64,000 bases of DNA from Candidatus Dormiibacterota bacterium (GCA_963808125.1 CAWEEP010000007.1:12820-76819), one strand, 5' to 3'. Shown: positions 46,896-56,237, counted from the stretch's first letter. The notes: generated from the letters alone by a model not told the origin. Numbers and translations: made by a program.

Positions 46896-48517
46896 TCACC
46901 GACTGCTGGACGCCGTTCCGTCCTCACACTCGGCGTCGCTTGGTGCCGAAGCCGCAAAGTATATAGGCGTCAAGGACTCCAGCAACCCATCCGCCGTCAT
47001 GCATTCGAGGCTTGCAACAAACTTGGGCTGCCTCGCCTGTAACCGCTTATAGGTTTCCTCTGGCGCCCACACAATCAGCAATTCCCTTGAGCGTGTAACG
47101 GCGACGTAGGCGATTCGCCTCTCCTCACGATCCTTATCCGCGGATGACCACCAGATCCCCGATGGGCAAGATTTTCCGGTTGTCGGAGGGCAGACGAAGA
47201 TCGTGACGTCGTGTGTCTCGCCCTTAACGCCGTGCACCGTCCGGACGGGCACCCTTCCCAGCATTGAGAGGGGGGCCGCGGTACCGGGAATGTATTCGCT
47301 TGAGGGCCTGTTCCAGTCCGTCCTCTTCTGGGGCTTCAGCTTGCCGGGAATAAGTCTTAACGAGGTGGGCAGGCCGAACTTGCCGACCTCCTCATTGGCG
47401 ATTGCGCCGATCTGGTTTTGGAGGTCATAAGAGATTTCCGGTGATCGGGAGTTGATTGGCTCGTAAGAGACAGTCCACCGCGAGCCTCTTCCATCGGTTC
47501 GGTTCTACTCCGGCGACCTCCAAGGTCGTGTCCAGTACTCCTTCGTGCCCGAAGATTACAAGGTCTAGGGCTGCCCGGGCTGTTGCCAGCGCTGCACCGT
47601 TGTTCTCCCTGACGGAACAGTACAACTGCACGACTCAGGTGCGAGAGTGGAAGGCAATGGAGCTTTGGGATCGCTTTTGCCATTCTTCCAGTTAATGTCT
47701 CAACGGTAGCGTTTTGTCGTGCAACCACCTTGATGTTCGCTTCGGGCTTGGCACCGCGGATCGCTTCCACCAACCGATTCACTTCGCTGGTCATCTCGTT
47801 GCCAATAACGAGAACTGCCCGTCCTGTTTCTCCAGTAGACCCCAACGAGCCCCCGGACTCCTTTAAATGTGTGGCTACCGATGCGACCGCTGAAGGGCAA
47901 CGACGACTAGTACGGAGCGGTACACGGACCGCGCCGAAATGGATTCGAAGCGATCAAAAAGGTCAGGGCAAGCGCCGTTGAACTCAAAGATGGACTGATC
48001 CGGGTCTCCCGCCAGAACGCCCTGTGCCATCGGCGCAGAGAGTATCGTCAGTATGGCCTTGCCGAGGAAGTAGCCAGTGTCCTGCAGCTCATCAATAATG
48101 AGAAAGGGAACCGCCGAATAAGCTGGTAACAATTCGGGGGCCGTGGATTTGGTGACATGCGATCCTGCTTGCCCAGAACGCCGCGTCCGAATGTGTGAGA
48201 CATCCTGACCGTTTCCACATTTCCCACTTAGCCTTCTTAACGTCTTTCAATTCCTCCCCTGCCAGTGGTTGCAGTGGATGGGCGGGGTGTGGCTTGTAGG
48301 CCAGGGTCGCGCCCTGGTTGTTTTCGCCAATGAACACGCAATCGAAGAGGTTGATCCCCTTATGGCCAACTGTGGCGTTTTGGTCCTTGGCGAACTTGCT
48401 CCAATGACGTGCCCCCCATTCCCCCGCGATCAGCCGCGGCGCTGGAAAGCCTTGTGAACAGAGAACAAAGAACGGGCGAACCAAATAGCGGAACAGGAAT
48501 GAGTCGATTGTTCCCAC
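46896..48517 (-). pseudogene. UvrD/PcrA-like superfamily-1 helicase fragment (N-terminal ~90 aa with Walker A missing; at least 4 frameshifts)
   Basis: GTIDSFLFRYLVRPF (TxHSF-like), FLIIDELQDTG (motif II), GDPDQSIFEFNGA (motif III), TVHGVKGETHDVTIFV and YVAVTRSRELLIV (motifs V/VI), spread over ORFs 48092.., 47875.., 47357.., 47425.., 46896... Confidence 0.7.
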
Positions 48518-48954
48518 GAAGTGTCCATGACCCGTGTCGCCGCCGTGAACAATATGCCCTCCCGGCGCATCCGCCGCTGCGCGCAGACGTTTTTCATCCC
48601 GGCCGGCAGTGGCACACGACCGCGCGATTACCCGCTGATGGTACACGCGGGCGTACGTTCTGGCCGCGGGCAGATCGGCAAAGGTGACTTCCGGGCCAGG
48701 CACCTCGGGCCGCGAATCAATTGCCAAGTAGTGCAGCAATAGAATACGCCAGACAGGGCCGACTTCGCGGCCGGCCGATGTAGTAACGCGTCTGGCCGAT
48801 AAATCCACTGTCAGCAAATCGTTCAAGACGGGAATCCGCGAGCTCCCGTATTCAAGCTGACCCGAGCCATAGCAACTGTTCGGAGCTTCTGATTGCACAC
48901 GGCATTGAAGGCCAATTCGGCCGCACGCCGGAGGTTGTCTTGGAATTCGGGCAT
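48518..48954 (-). pseudogene. DUF3786-family protein, N-terminal two-thirds only
   Basis: ATG 48954. MPEFQDNLRRAAELAF.., GPVWRILLLHYLAIDSRPEVPGPEVTFADLPAARTYARVYHQRVI..LRAAADAPGG fits the DUF3786 core. Runs directly into helicase sequence with no C-terminus. Confidence 0.55.
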
Positions 48955-48981
48955 CCGCGACGGTCCTTGATTTGCTCTGGG

Positions 48982-49037
48982 TAGGGTGCGTGAAACGCAC
49001 CGCCTCCTACAAATTGTGGTGCGTTTCACGCACCCTA
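48982..49037. repeat. Perfect 20-bp inverted repeat; each arm is itself a small hairpin
   Basis: TAGGGTGCGTGAAACGCACC (48982-49001), a 16-nt spacer, then GGTGCGTTTCACGCACCCTA (49018-49037). Each arm contains GTGCG-N5-CGCAC. Lies between the HD-hydrolase stop and the DUF3786 start. Confidence 0.9.
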
Positions 49038-49054
49038 CAAAAATCCACCACCTC

Positions 49055-49791
49055 TTAGGTGTGGAACAGGCTGCGGGCCAGGGTACGCTTGCCGCCTCCG
49101 TACGCAGGCTGCTGCTTTAAATCAGGTTTTCCCATTCGCCGGAACTGCCTGCGAAGGCGTTTCGGCCGCCATCCGGCGAGCGTCTGCGAGTCGCAAACTA
49201 TCTGGAACTCGATTGTATTCGGTGTTTTCGGCCTTTTCGACAGTTCTCCAGGATCTGGCAGACCCGCCGGGCCGTATCCGGGTCCAATCTGATGTGCTTA
49301 AGCGCCTGGTCCACTGTTGCCGTGGCTTTGGGCAGGCTGGCTAAATTGCTCAGACGGATTTTCGATGAGGCCGGAATTATACACTTCGCTTGCCATCAGC
49401 AATGCCGCGTTTGGCGCTACACGCAGGATCCCCGCCCTCTTTTCGGGCGAGTTCTTTGGCAAATTGAAAAACCCTCAGTGCATGGGCTATGCAAGCCGGG
49501 TCGCTTTTAATTCCTGTTCCAGCCACTGAATCAATCGGGCGGCACGCAGGTTTCCATACCGCGCCCTCCGGTTGCCGCTGTGGGGCATATCCCAGGCACT
49601 CAGTTCGCCAGCGAGCACCACTGGGCACAGCCGAAGTCGGTGGGGGAGTTGAGAAACTTATGGCCGCATCGCCGGCAGCGGCCCGCGTTTTCGTCCCTGA
49701 AAATTTCGACGGGGTTGCCACACTGGGGACACGGCACCTCGACGACCGCGTTGCCCAACCAGTATCGTCTGTCTTGACCCGGACATTTCAT
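49055..49791 (-). CDS. Zinc-ribbon + HD-domain phosphohydrolase-like protein (frameshifted)
   Basis: N-terminus MKCPGQDRRYW..VPCPQCGNPVEIFRDENAGRCRRCGHKF..DFGCAQWC. Downstream pieces in other frames are HALRVFQFAKELARKEGGDP.., ..RRVCQILENC.., ..EFQIVCDS.., ..GGGKRTLARSLFHT*. Confidence 0.55.
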
Positions 49792-50580
49792 GGCGATTTA
49801 ACCCTCTTAGGTTATTATACGTAACCGAACTAAATGGGATTTATGAATTGTTGGGCTGGGCGAGAAGTTGGTCATAAAAAGGCAAGTATAACAGACGGCC
49901 AAAAAGTTGGCTTTAGATTTGGAGTTAGGGCGATTATAATGCGGTGAAATTACTGGGCATCGAAAAGGCACGTGAGAAATTAAATGTTAATAAATATTTT
50001 TAAGTCCATATAGGATAGAGGATTGCGGCGAAATGGAGGAGAGACGAAAATTGTGCCAAATGTGAATTGAGAGTTAGGCCGATGACGGGAGAATATAAGT
50101 CGGCGAAATTTGTTTTGGGCAGGATGTTAGTATGTCGGAATGCAATATGGCGTGGATGTGAAGTCGGAGTTTGCCGATGGCAATTGTCGTCGCGCTACGG
50201 TGCAATTGCTATGATGTAAAGTTGGAGATTAACAATTAAAACTAACTCAGTGCCCATTTCATATCCGTTTCTTACTCCCTAAACGTAATCCGACCCCTTC
50301 TAACCCCCGCTGCAGCATGGATTTCAGCAAAATTGATGACAATTTCGTGCGGAATGGTAGACTGACTTTATCGTCTTTCATCTCTTTAAGGCCCAACAAA
50401 TAGAGGCAGCGTTCGTACCTCATAGCCTGACGCTCTGAAAAGAGAGGCTTCGGGTGCGTTTGACACGGCTCATAGCGAACCGACCCCTTGAAGCAAATGC
50501 CGGAGATATCTGGCTTTTGACCTTCGTTTTCATTCTTACTTCATATCTTAAAATCCTGTAACTACTGGGGAGATTTTACA
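49792..50580. other. 789-bp ORF-free, AT-rich divergent intergenic region with degenerate direct repeats
   Basis: No ORF of 60 aa or more on either strand. C content is only ~12% on the + strand over ~49,840-50,230. Imperfect repeats occur at ~49,917-49,968 and ~50,064-50,122 (TTGGAGTTAGGGCGAT..GCGGTGAAATT..TGGGCA versus TTGAGAGTTAGGCCGAT..GTCGGCGAAATT..TGGGCA). Confidence 0.6.
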
Positions 50581-51653
50581 ATGAACCGAAAATTATTTTT
50601 TCTGGCCGTGCTAATTTTGTGTTTTTTTGATTTGTGGTACTGCTCAAGCGATTGTCCAATATACGGTCACCAACCTGGGCACACTGGGCGGGACTGGGAT
50701 AGCTGTGCCTTTGGCATCAACGACAGCGGGCAGATCCTGGCGCAAGGGAAGACACCACCACCGCTTATCATGCTTTTCTTACAGCAGCTCGACAATATGA
50801 CCGATATTGGAACACTCGGCGGAATGTACAGTGAAGCCAAGGCCATCAACACCAGTGGGCAGGTCGTGGGCTGGGCCTATACTACTGGAATTCAGCATGC
50901 CTTCATCTACAGCAATGGAACGATGTGTGACCTTGGCTCACTTGGCCGGCAGAGTTGTGCCTGTGGCATCAACGCCAGTGGAAAGGTCGTGGGCTATTCC
51001 CTCACCTATCAGTACGATGATCATGCCTTTCTCTACAGTAATGGGACAATGACCGACTTGGGCGTACTTGGTGGAGATTACAGCTATGCCTATGGCATAA
51101 ACGACAGCGGGCAAATCGTGGGCTATTCCGATGGTCATGCCTTCCTTTACAGCGGCTCGACGATGAAAGACCTGGGAACACTCGGCGGGACGACTAGCAG
51201 GGCCTATGGCATTAACGCCAGTGGTCAGGCGTGGGATATTCCGATAACAGCGTCGTGTTTCGCACGCCTTCATCTACAGCGACTCGAAGATAGAAAGACC
51301 TGGGCACCCAGGCCGGATCGTATAGCTATGCATATAGCGTTAATGATAGCGGGCAGGTCGTGGGCTATGCCTTGGCCAGCGGCTTTGCCGATCCTCATGC
51401 CTTTGTACTATAATGCTCGAAGATAATCGACTTAAACGCCCTAATCGATTCGCTCTCCGGCTGGACATTGAATGTTGCATATGGCATTAACAACGCCGGG
51501 CAAATCGTGGGGCAAGGCGTTAAGGGCAGTGGGTATCCTCATGCCTTCTTGTTAACACCCGTGCCAGAACCTTCCACGTTCCTGCTTCTAGGTTCCGCAC
51601 TGCTGGGACTTGGCAGGGTTGGGTTAATTCGTCGTGGTGTAATGAAGAAGTGA
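50581..51653 (+). CDS. HAF-repeat extracellular protein with PEP-CTERM sorting signal (several frameshifts)
   Basis: Signal peptide MNRKLFFLAVLILCF... At least 7 repeats of GIN[DA]SGQ[IV]VG....HAF[LI]YS.G.M.DLG[TS]LGG. C-terminal VPEPSTFLLLGSALLGLGRVGLIRR. Confidence 0.8.
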
Positions 51654-51748
51654 GAAGGAAAGAATTAAAGGGCTACGTAGTCTTTGTCTTCACACAGATA
51701 GATAACTGAAGGCGTGTTAGACATAGAGATTATCCTAAAACCTCCGCT

Positions 51749-51990
51749 GTCATCCTGAGCGAAGCGAAGGATCTCTGTGGAAGTGGCATTTTGTCTGCAT
51801 TTTACCTGCAAAACCTTCCGGATTCTCACTGCGCTCGAATGACGACTATAATCTTCGCCGGCATCAGAATAACGTGAACAAGATTCTTCGCCGCGCACGG
51901 TCTGGTTTGACAGAGATTCTTCGCTGTGCTCAGAATGACATGACTAGATTCTTCGCTGTGCTCAGAATGACATGGCAGTTCAGAATGACA
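51749..51990. repeat. Cluster of ~25-29-nt GTCATYCTGAGCGAAGCGAAGRATC-type repeats in both orientations
   Basis: GTCATCCTGAGCGAAGCGAAGGATCTC at 51749-51775. Reverse-orientation copies at 51821-51843, 51851-51872 and 51881-51900 (degenerate). Two identical 29-mers AGATTCTTCGCTGTGCTCAGAATGACATG at 51914-51942 and 51946-51974. Partial copy at 51980-51991. Confidence 0.85.
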
Positions 51991-52028
51991 TTACTGTTTT
52001 AGGATAGAATCATAGACTACCAACCCGT

Positions 52029-53440
52029 CTAGCCCTTTGACTTTTTTGAGAAGAGAAACTTGGTCGCGTGCAGAGTTTTGGCAAGGAATCCATGGCGTGC
52101 GGCGATTAACAAGACTTTCCCACACAGTCGCCAGGCGGTCATCGGGCGAGCCAGGCGGGTTTTTGGGAGATGCGTTGGCGGAATCGCAGCAGTTCGTTGC
52201 GAACGGCCTGAAAAAACGCCGATTCCCGGCGGGCGAGGAGCAGATCTGTTTCCCCGGACGACGGAGGACAGATGGCCAGGCGTTTTTTCGGCACATAATC
52301 CGAGCGTTTCGGCCGCAAATTGGCAACGGGCCGCCATTAGGCCCCTTCGCCGGTTGAGCACCCCGATTTGGCTCTGCTCGGATCCGTCCGGCGGCGATGC
52401 CGCCGCCTTCGCATTCGCCCGAGGTGAACAACGTCGAGCAGGATGCGGCTGATTTCTTCGCTGCGTGAAATCACGAGGCTGGTCCCTCGCTTATCCGCTT
52501 GATATTCGGGCAGCCAGGCATCCATGAACGTTGCATCGGCCAGTTTCGGCAAACACATCGTCGCAGAACAGGCAGCTTCGGCAGCATGCCGACCTCGTTG
52601 ATCCACAAATAACCGAACAGGCCGAGCATCCTCACGGAGCGCACGGATTGGTCCGTTTTCAATTCCGCCCGATAATCGCGGCCGGTGTGCGAGTAACGCT
52701 TGGAACGATATCGCAAGACGCCCTGGGAGCGGCCCATCAAGGCCGTCAACAGATCGGCAAAAAGCAGGCTGCGATAGCCGCTGCAGGTGAGCCCGAGGAT
52801 ATAGCGGATCCGGCGCCGCAAGGCCGGCAGGCGTTTTTGCGCCAGCCGAAGGGCCTTGGCCGCGCAGGGAAGCGCGACAACGGCGTATGAGCGATCCGGC
52901 CCGGCCAGGACGTCGGAAATCGCCTTGTCGAAAGGAGCGACGTGATAGACCGAACCCCGGGAACCAGAACCTGCGATTCGCTCTCGGGCGACTGACCGAA
53001 TGAAACCATGGGCGTCGGTCCAGCGGTTGAAGCACGATTGCCGCGTCGATGCGCTTGAGTTTCAGCAGTTGGCACAAGACCGCCGTGGTCAAGGCCGCCG
53101 GAGGGGGCTTCCAGTCGCCGGGCCTCATCGGCGACGCCGCCCACGAAAGCGTCGCGGACCCAGCCCATCGACGCATGATGCACGCAGGCCGGATCCGAGC
53201 CGAACAATTCCTTGCCGAGGCTGTCTTCGTCCCGCCGTGTTCGTTGGAAAACGGGCAGACCTGCAGGCACAAGCGGCACGACTCGGCGCACTGTCCCGTG
53301 GCCGCGGGATGATACTCGCCCAACTGGGTTTCCTTCATCTGCAATTGACGGCGCGGACAAACGGCGGCGCACATGCCGCAGTTGCAGCAGTAGTCCTGCC
53401 GGACCACGGTATCCAAGATGTTCATCGGAGGCAAAGTCAA
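52029..53440 (-). CDS. FrhB/FdhB-like (coenzyme F420 hydrogenase beta-type) Fe-S flavoprotein of polysaccharide-modification clusters; multiple frameshifts
   Basis: N-terminal ferredoxin motifs CCNCGMCAAVCP and CRLCLQVCP. Internal ..SGGL.T.., ..ESESQVL.., ..RIRYILGLTCSGY.., ..ADATFMDAWLPEYQADKRGTSLVISRS... ATG 53440 overlaps the pyruvyl transferase stop. The 3' end is uncertain. Confidence 0.6.
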
Positions 53441-54693
53441 TTCGAGGCCCCTCGTTCCCGGAGGAGTTGTTGCAGGAATTCGCCGTTTTTCCAGGCGGTT
53501 TGGGAATAATCCGGGATAAACGACTGCAAATATTCGCGCACCGCGGCTTCTTCCTCCAACAGCGATTGAACCCGCTCGGCCGCTTGTCCGGCGTCAAGCT
53601 GGGCGACGTGGACCACCCAGTTCTCATGTCCGAAAATATCGCGAAAGATTCCCCGGGATTTGATGCTGTGTCCGATGCAGAACGCGGGGACGCACGACGA
53701 CAGGGCGGCGATGATGGAATGCAGGCGCGAGCCGACAAAAACCTTCAGCCGGGAGATTACCCATTTGATTTGCTTGCTGGAGTGGCGCCGGGCGTCGTAA
53801 AGAAAAATGTCCTTTTTCTTCTCCGGCGGCAGCGCATCGAGCAGGGTTCGCATGAATTGGTAATCGTCGTTGTCGGGAAAGATCTGCGGCGGCATCATGA
53901 CATGGGGTATCAAGACGATGGGAAGATCGGTTATCCTCCGAATCGCGGCCAACATGTCCAACGCCTGCCGCATCCACGCGCGCGAGGAAAGGTTGTTGTA
54001 TCTTTTCATCAGCGGCGCCAGGTTGACGCCCAGCGCCCCGGCCTGCAATGCCTGCTCGATTTCGTGCGGCAATTCCACGGGGCAGGCGGGCAAAAGAAAT
54101 GCCGGATCGGCCGCCCGGCGGATATTGTCGCGCACCCCAAGCCCCTCCAAATACTCTTGCGTGATCGGTTCCCGAACGGTAATTAAATCGACCCGGCGGA
54201 GCAGATCGGCGAATCGGCTTTCCCATCCTGGTCTTTTGGAAAAGGGGCCGATTGATGCTCCCCAGACGACTGTTGGGACGCCTTTGCGGACCGCGGCCTG
54301 AAGCGGGCTGAAAAACAAGAGCGTGGCCAGAAAACCGTAATCGTAAGACAGATTATCTCCGCCCAGCGCCAGCAGAGCCGCCGCGTTGTCCAGGGCACGG
54401 TGCGCTTTCATTGCCGGAAACCGGCCCAAAAAGCGGGAACAAACGATCCGCGTGCCCCAGAGATAAAAGGCCGGCGTGCCCTGCCGGCGTGTTTCCCATA
54501 TTTGTCCCGCCGATTTAGCGTCCGGCTCGTTGGTAACGAATTGAGGATCGTCGTTGCAAAAAATGTTGGCATACAATCGCGGATAATCGGGCAAGTAACG
54601 ATCCAAAATCATTTGCGTGCTCAACCGCAGGGCCTGGCAGCCGCGGTTGCTGTCGAAGTTGTTGCCGTGCAGTACAATATAGGGATGGTTCAT
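53437..54693 (-). CDS. Polysaccharide pyruvyl transferase (WcaK/CsaB family)
   Basis: Intact 418-aa ORF. HGNNFDSNRGCQAL, LALGGDNLSYDYG, ITVREPITQEYL, FVGSRLHSIIAALS. Confidence 0.8.
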   Translation of the reverse strand: MNHPYIVLHGNNFDSNRGCQALRLSTQMILDRYLPDYPRLYANIFCNDDPQFVTNEPDAKSAGQIWETRRQGTPAFYLWGTRIVCSRFLGRFPAMKAHRALDNAAALLALGGDNLSYDYGFLATLLFFSPLQAAVRKGVPTVVWGASIGPFSKRPGWESRFADLLRRVDLITVREPITQEYLEGLGVRDNIRRAADPAFLLPACPVELPHEIEQALQAGALGVNLAPLMKRYNNLSSRAWMRQALDMLAAIRRITDLPIVLIPHVMMPPQIFPDNDDYQFMRTLLDALPPEKKKDIFLYDARRHSSKQIKWVISRLKVFVGSRLHSIIAALSSCVPAFCIGHSIKSRGIFRDIFGHENWVVHVAQLDAGQAAERVQSLLEEEAAVREYLQSFIPDYSQTAWKNGEFLQQLLRERGASN

Positions 54694-54944
54694 GGTATTT
54701 TATTTTTTATTGGCGGCATTCTCAGTATACAGTTCTTACTAAAGACTGCAACCTCTTGGCGCATCACGACCGACTGAATATACTTTTTCCGATCCTTGAT
54801 ATAGTTTACACAGCATTGTTAGCAGAATAATCGATCGTAAATTGGAAAATCTATGACCGGATTCAGTATTAGTATAAGTTTTGATTCTCGTTGCTTTAGC
54901 GATAATCTCAAGGATTTCTCGCGATTGCCTTTATCCGGGCGATC
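54694..54944. promoter_or_regulatory. AT-rich divergent promoter region
   Basis: 251 bp at ~38% GC between divergently oriented starts (54693 minus, 54945 plus). Several TATAnT-like hexamers (GATATAGT, GAATATACT). Confidence 0.4.
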
Positions 54945-56115
54945 ATGCGTTTTCGTCAGGGACTGGCCCGCGATCCCACTTCTCCACGGACGGCGGTCGT
55001 CTTGTGTCTGCGAGGCCGCGACCCGTTCCTGGAGAAGTGCCTGGAATCGCTGCTTAAGCAGGATTATCCCGACTACCAGTTGCACGTGGTCGTCGACAAT
55101 CGGCAGGACCCGGCGTGGCAAGTCGCCGAGTCGCTGGCCAACCGCTACGGCGCGGACCGGGTGTGCATCGAGGCGCTCGACGAGCGCCAGGACACGTGCA
55201 GTCTGAAGTGCAGCGCCGTGACCCAGGCGATCGGAGCGTCTCGACGAGTCGTTTCAAGCGGCGGCCCTGGTCGACGCCGACACGATGCCGCATCCGTCGT
55301 GGCTCGGCGAACTGACGGCTCCCCTGGCGGATGAGCACATCGGCGCCGCCACCGGCAATCGCTGGTACATGCCCGGGGCCGGTTCCTGGGGCGCGATGGT
55401 GCGTTATCTCTGGAATGCCGCGGCCATGGTGCAGATGTATTGGTACGAGATACCCTGGGGCGGAACGCTGGCCGTCAAACGCAAGGTGATCGACGAACTG
55501 GGGCTGCTCGACCGCTGGCGCAACGCCTTCTGCGAAGACACCATGCTCTTCCGGCAGCTCGGCAAGCGCGGGCTGCGCGTGAAGTTCGTTCCCTCGTTGA
55601 TGATGGTCAACCGGGAGGATTGCGGGCTTGGGGCCTGCCTTTCTTGGATCCGCCGGCAACTCCTCACGGCGCGGCTCTATCATCCGCTATGGCCGCTGGT
55701 CTTGTTGCACGGATTGGGCACCACGCTGGTCCTGGCCGCCGCCGTGGCGCGGCGGCGATTGCCGCGCTGCGGGGCGATTGGTCGGCGGTCCTGTGGTGCG
55801 CAGGCGGCCTGCTGATTTATGAGACAATCATGGTTTCCCTGCTGATTCCCATGGAAATCGCGTGTCCGCCGGATCGTGCGGTCGCAGGGCGGGCCGACAG
55901 GGTGGCTTTCGGCGAAAACTCTCCTTCGCCTGGTTCCGGCCATCGTGCTCACGCAGTTGGTTTACACGCTCGCCTTGCTCGGGGCCCAGTTTGCGCGGAA
56001 GGTCGACTGGCGTGGAGTCTGTTACCACATCGGCGGTCCTTGGGACATTCGGCGGCTGGACGATCCGCCCTATGATTCAGAATTGCCATGCGTCGCGGAT
56101 GGGCATTCGCTCTGA
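54945..56115 (+). CDS. Membrane GT2-family glycosyltransferase (GT21/ceramide-glucosyltransferase-like architecture); at least 3 frameshifts
   Basis: VVLCLRGRDPFLEKCLESLLKQDYPDYQLHVVVDN, LVDADT (DxD), WGGTLAVKRKVIDELG, FCEDTMLF, then TM helices (LWPLVLLHGLGTTLVLAAA..). The tail ..VDWRGVCYHIGGPWDIRRL ends at 56115. Confidence 0.7.
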
Positions 56116-56137
56116 AAAGCTGAATCGGTTGGGTGCC

Positions 56138-56162
56138 ATGCCCACGCTTGGCGTGGGCATGT
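56138..56162. terminator. Perfect 11-bp stem hairpin between convergent genes
   Basis: CATGCCCACGC-TTG-GCGTGGGCATG. Confidence 0.5.
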
Positions 56163-56237
56163 TGAGAACGCGTGAGAAAACTGCGCCAAGACCCACGCAA
56201 GCGTGGTGCATGGCACCAGGCACCCCTTGCCCGTAAA

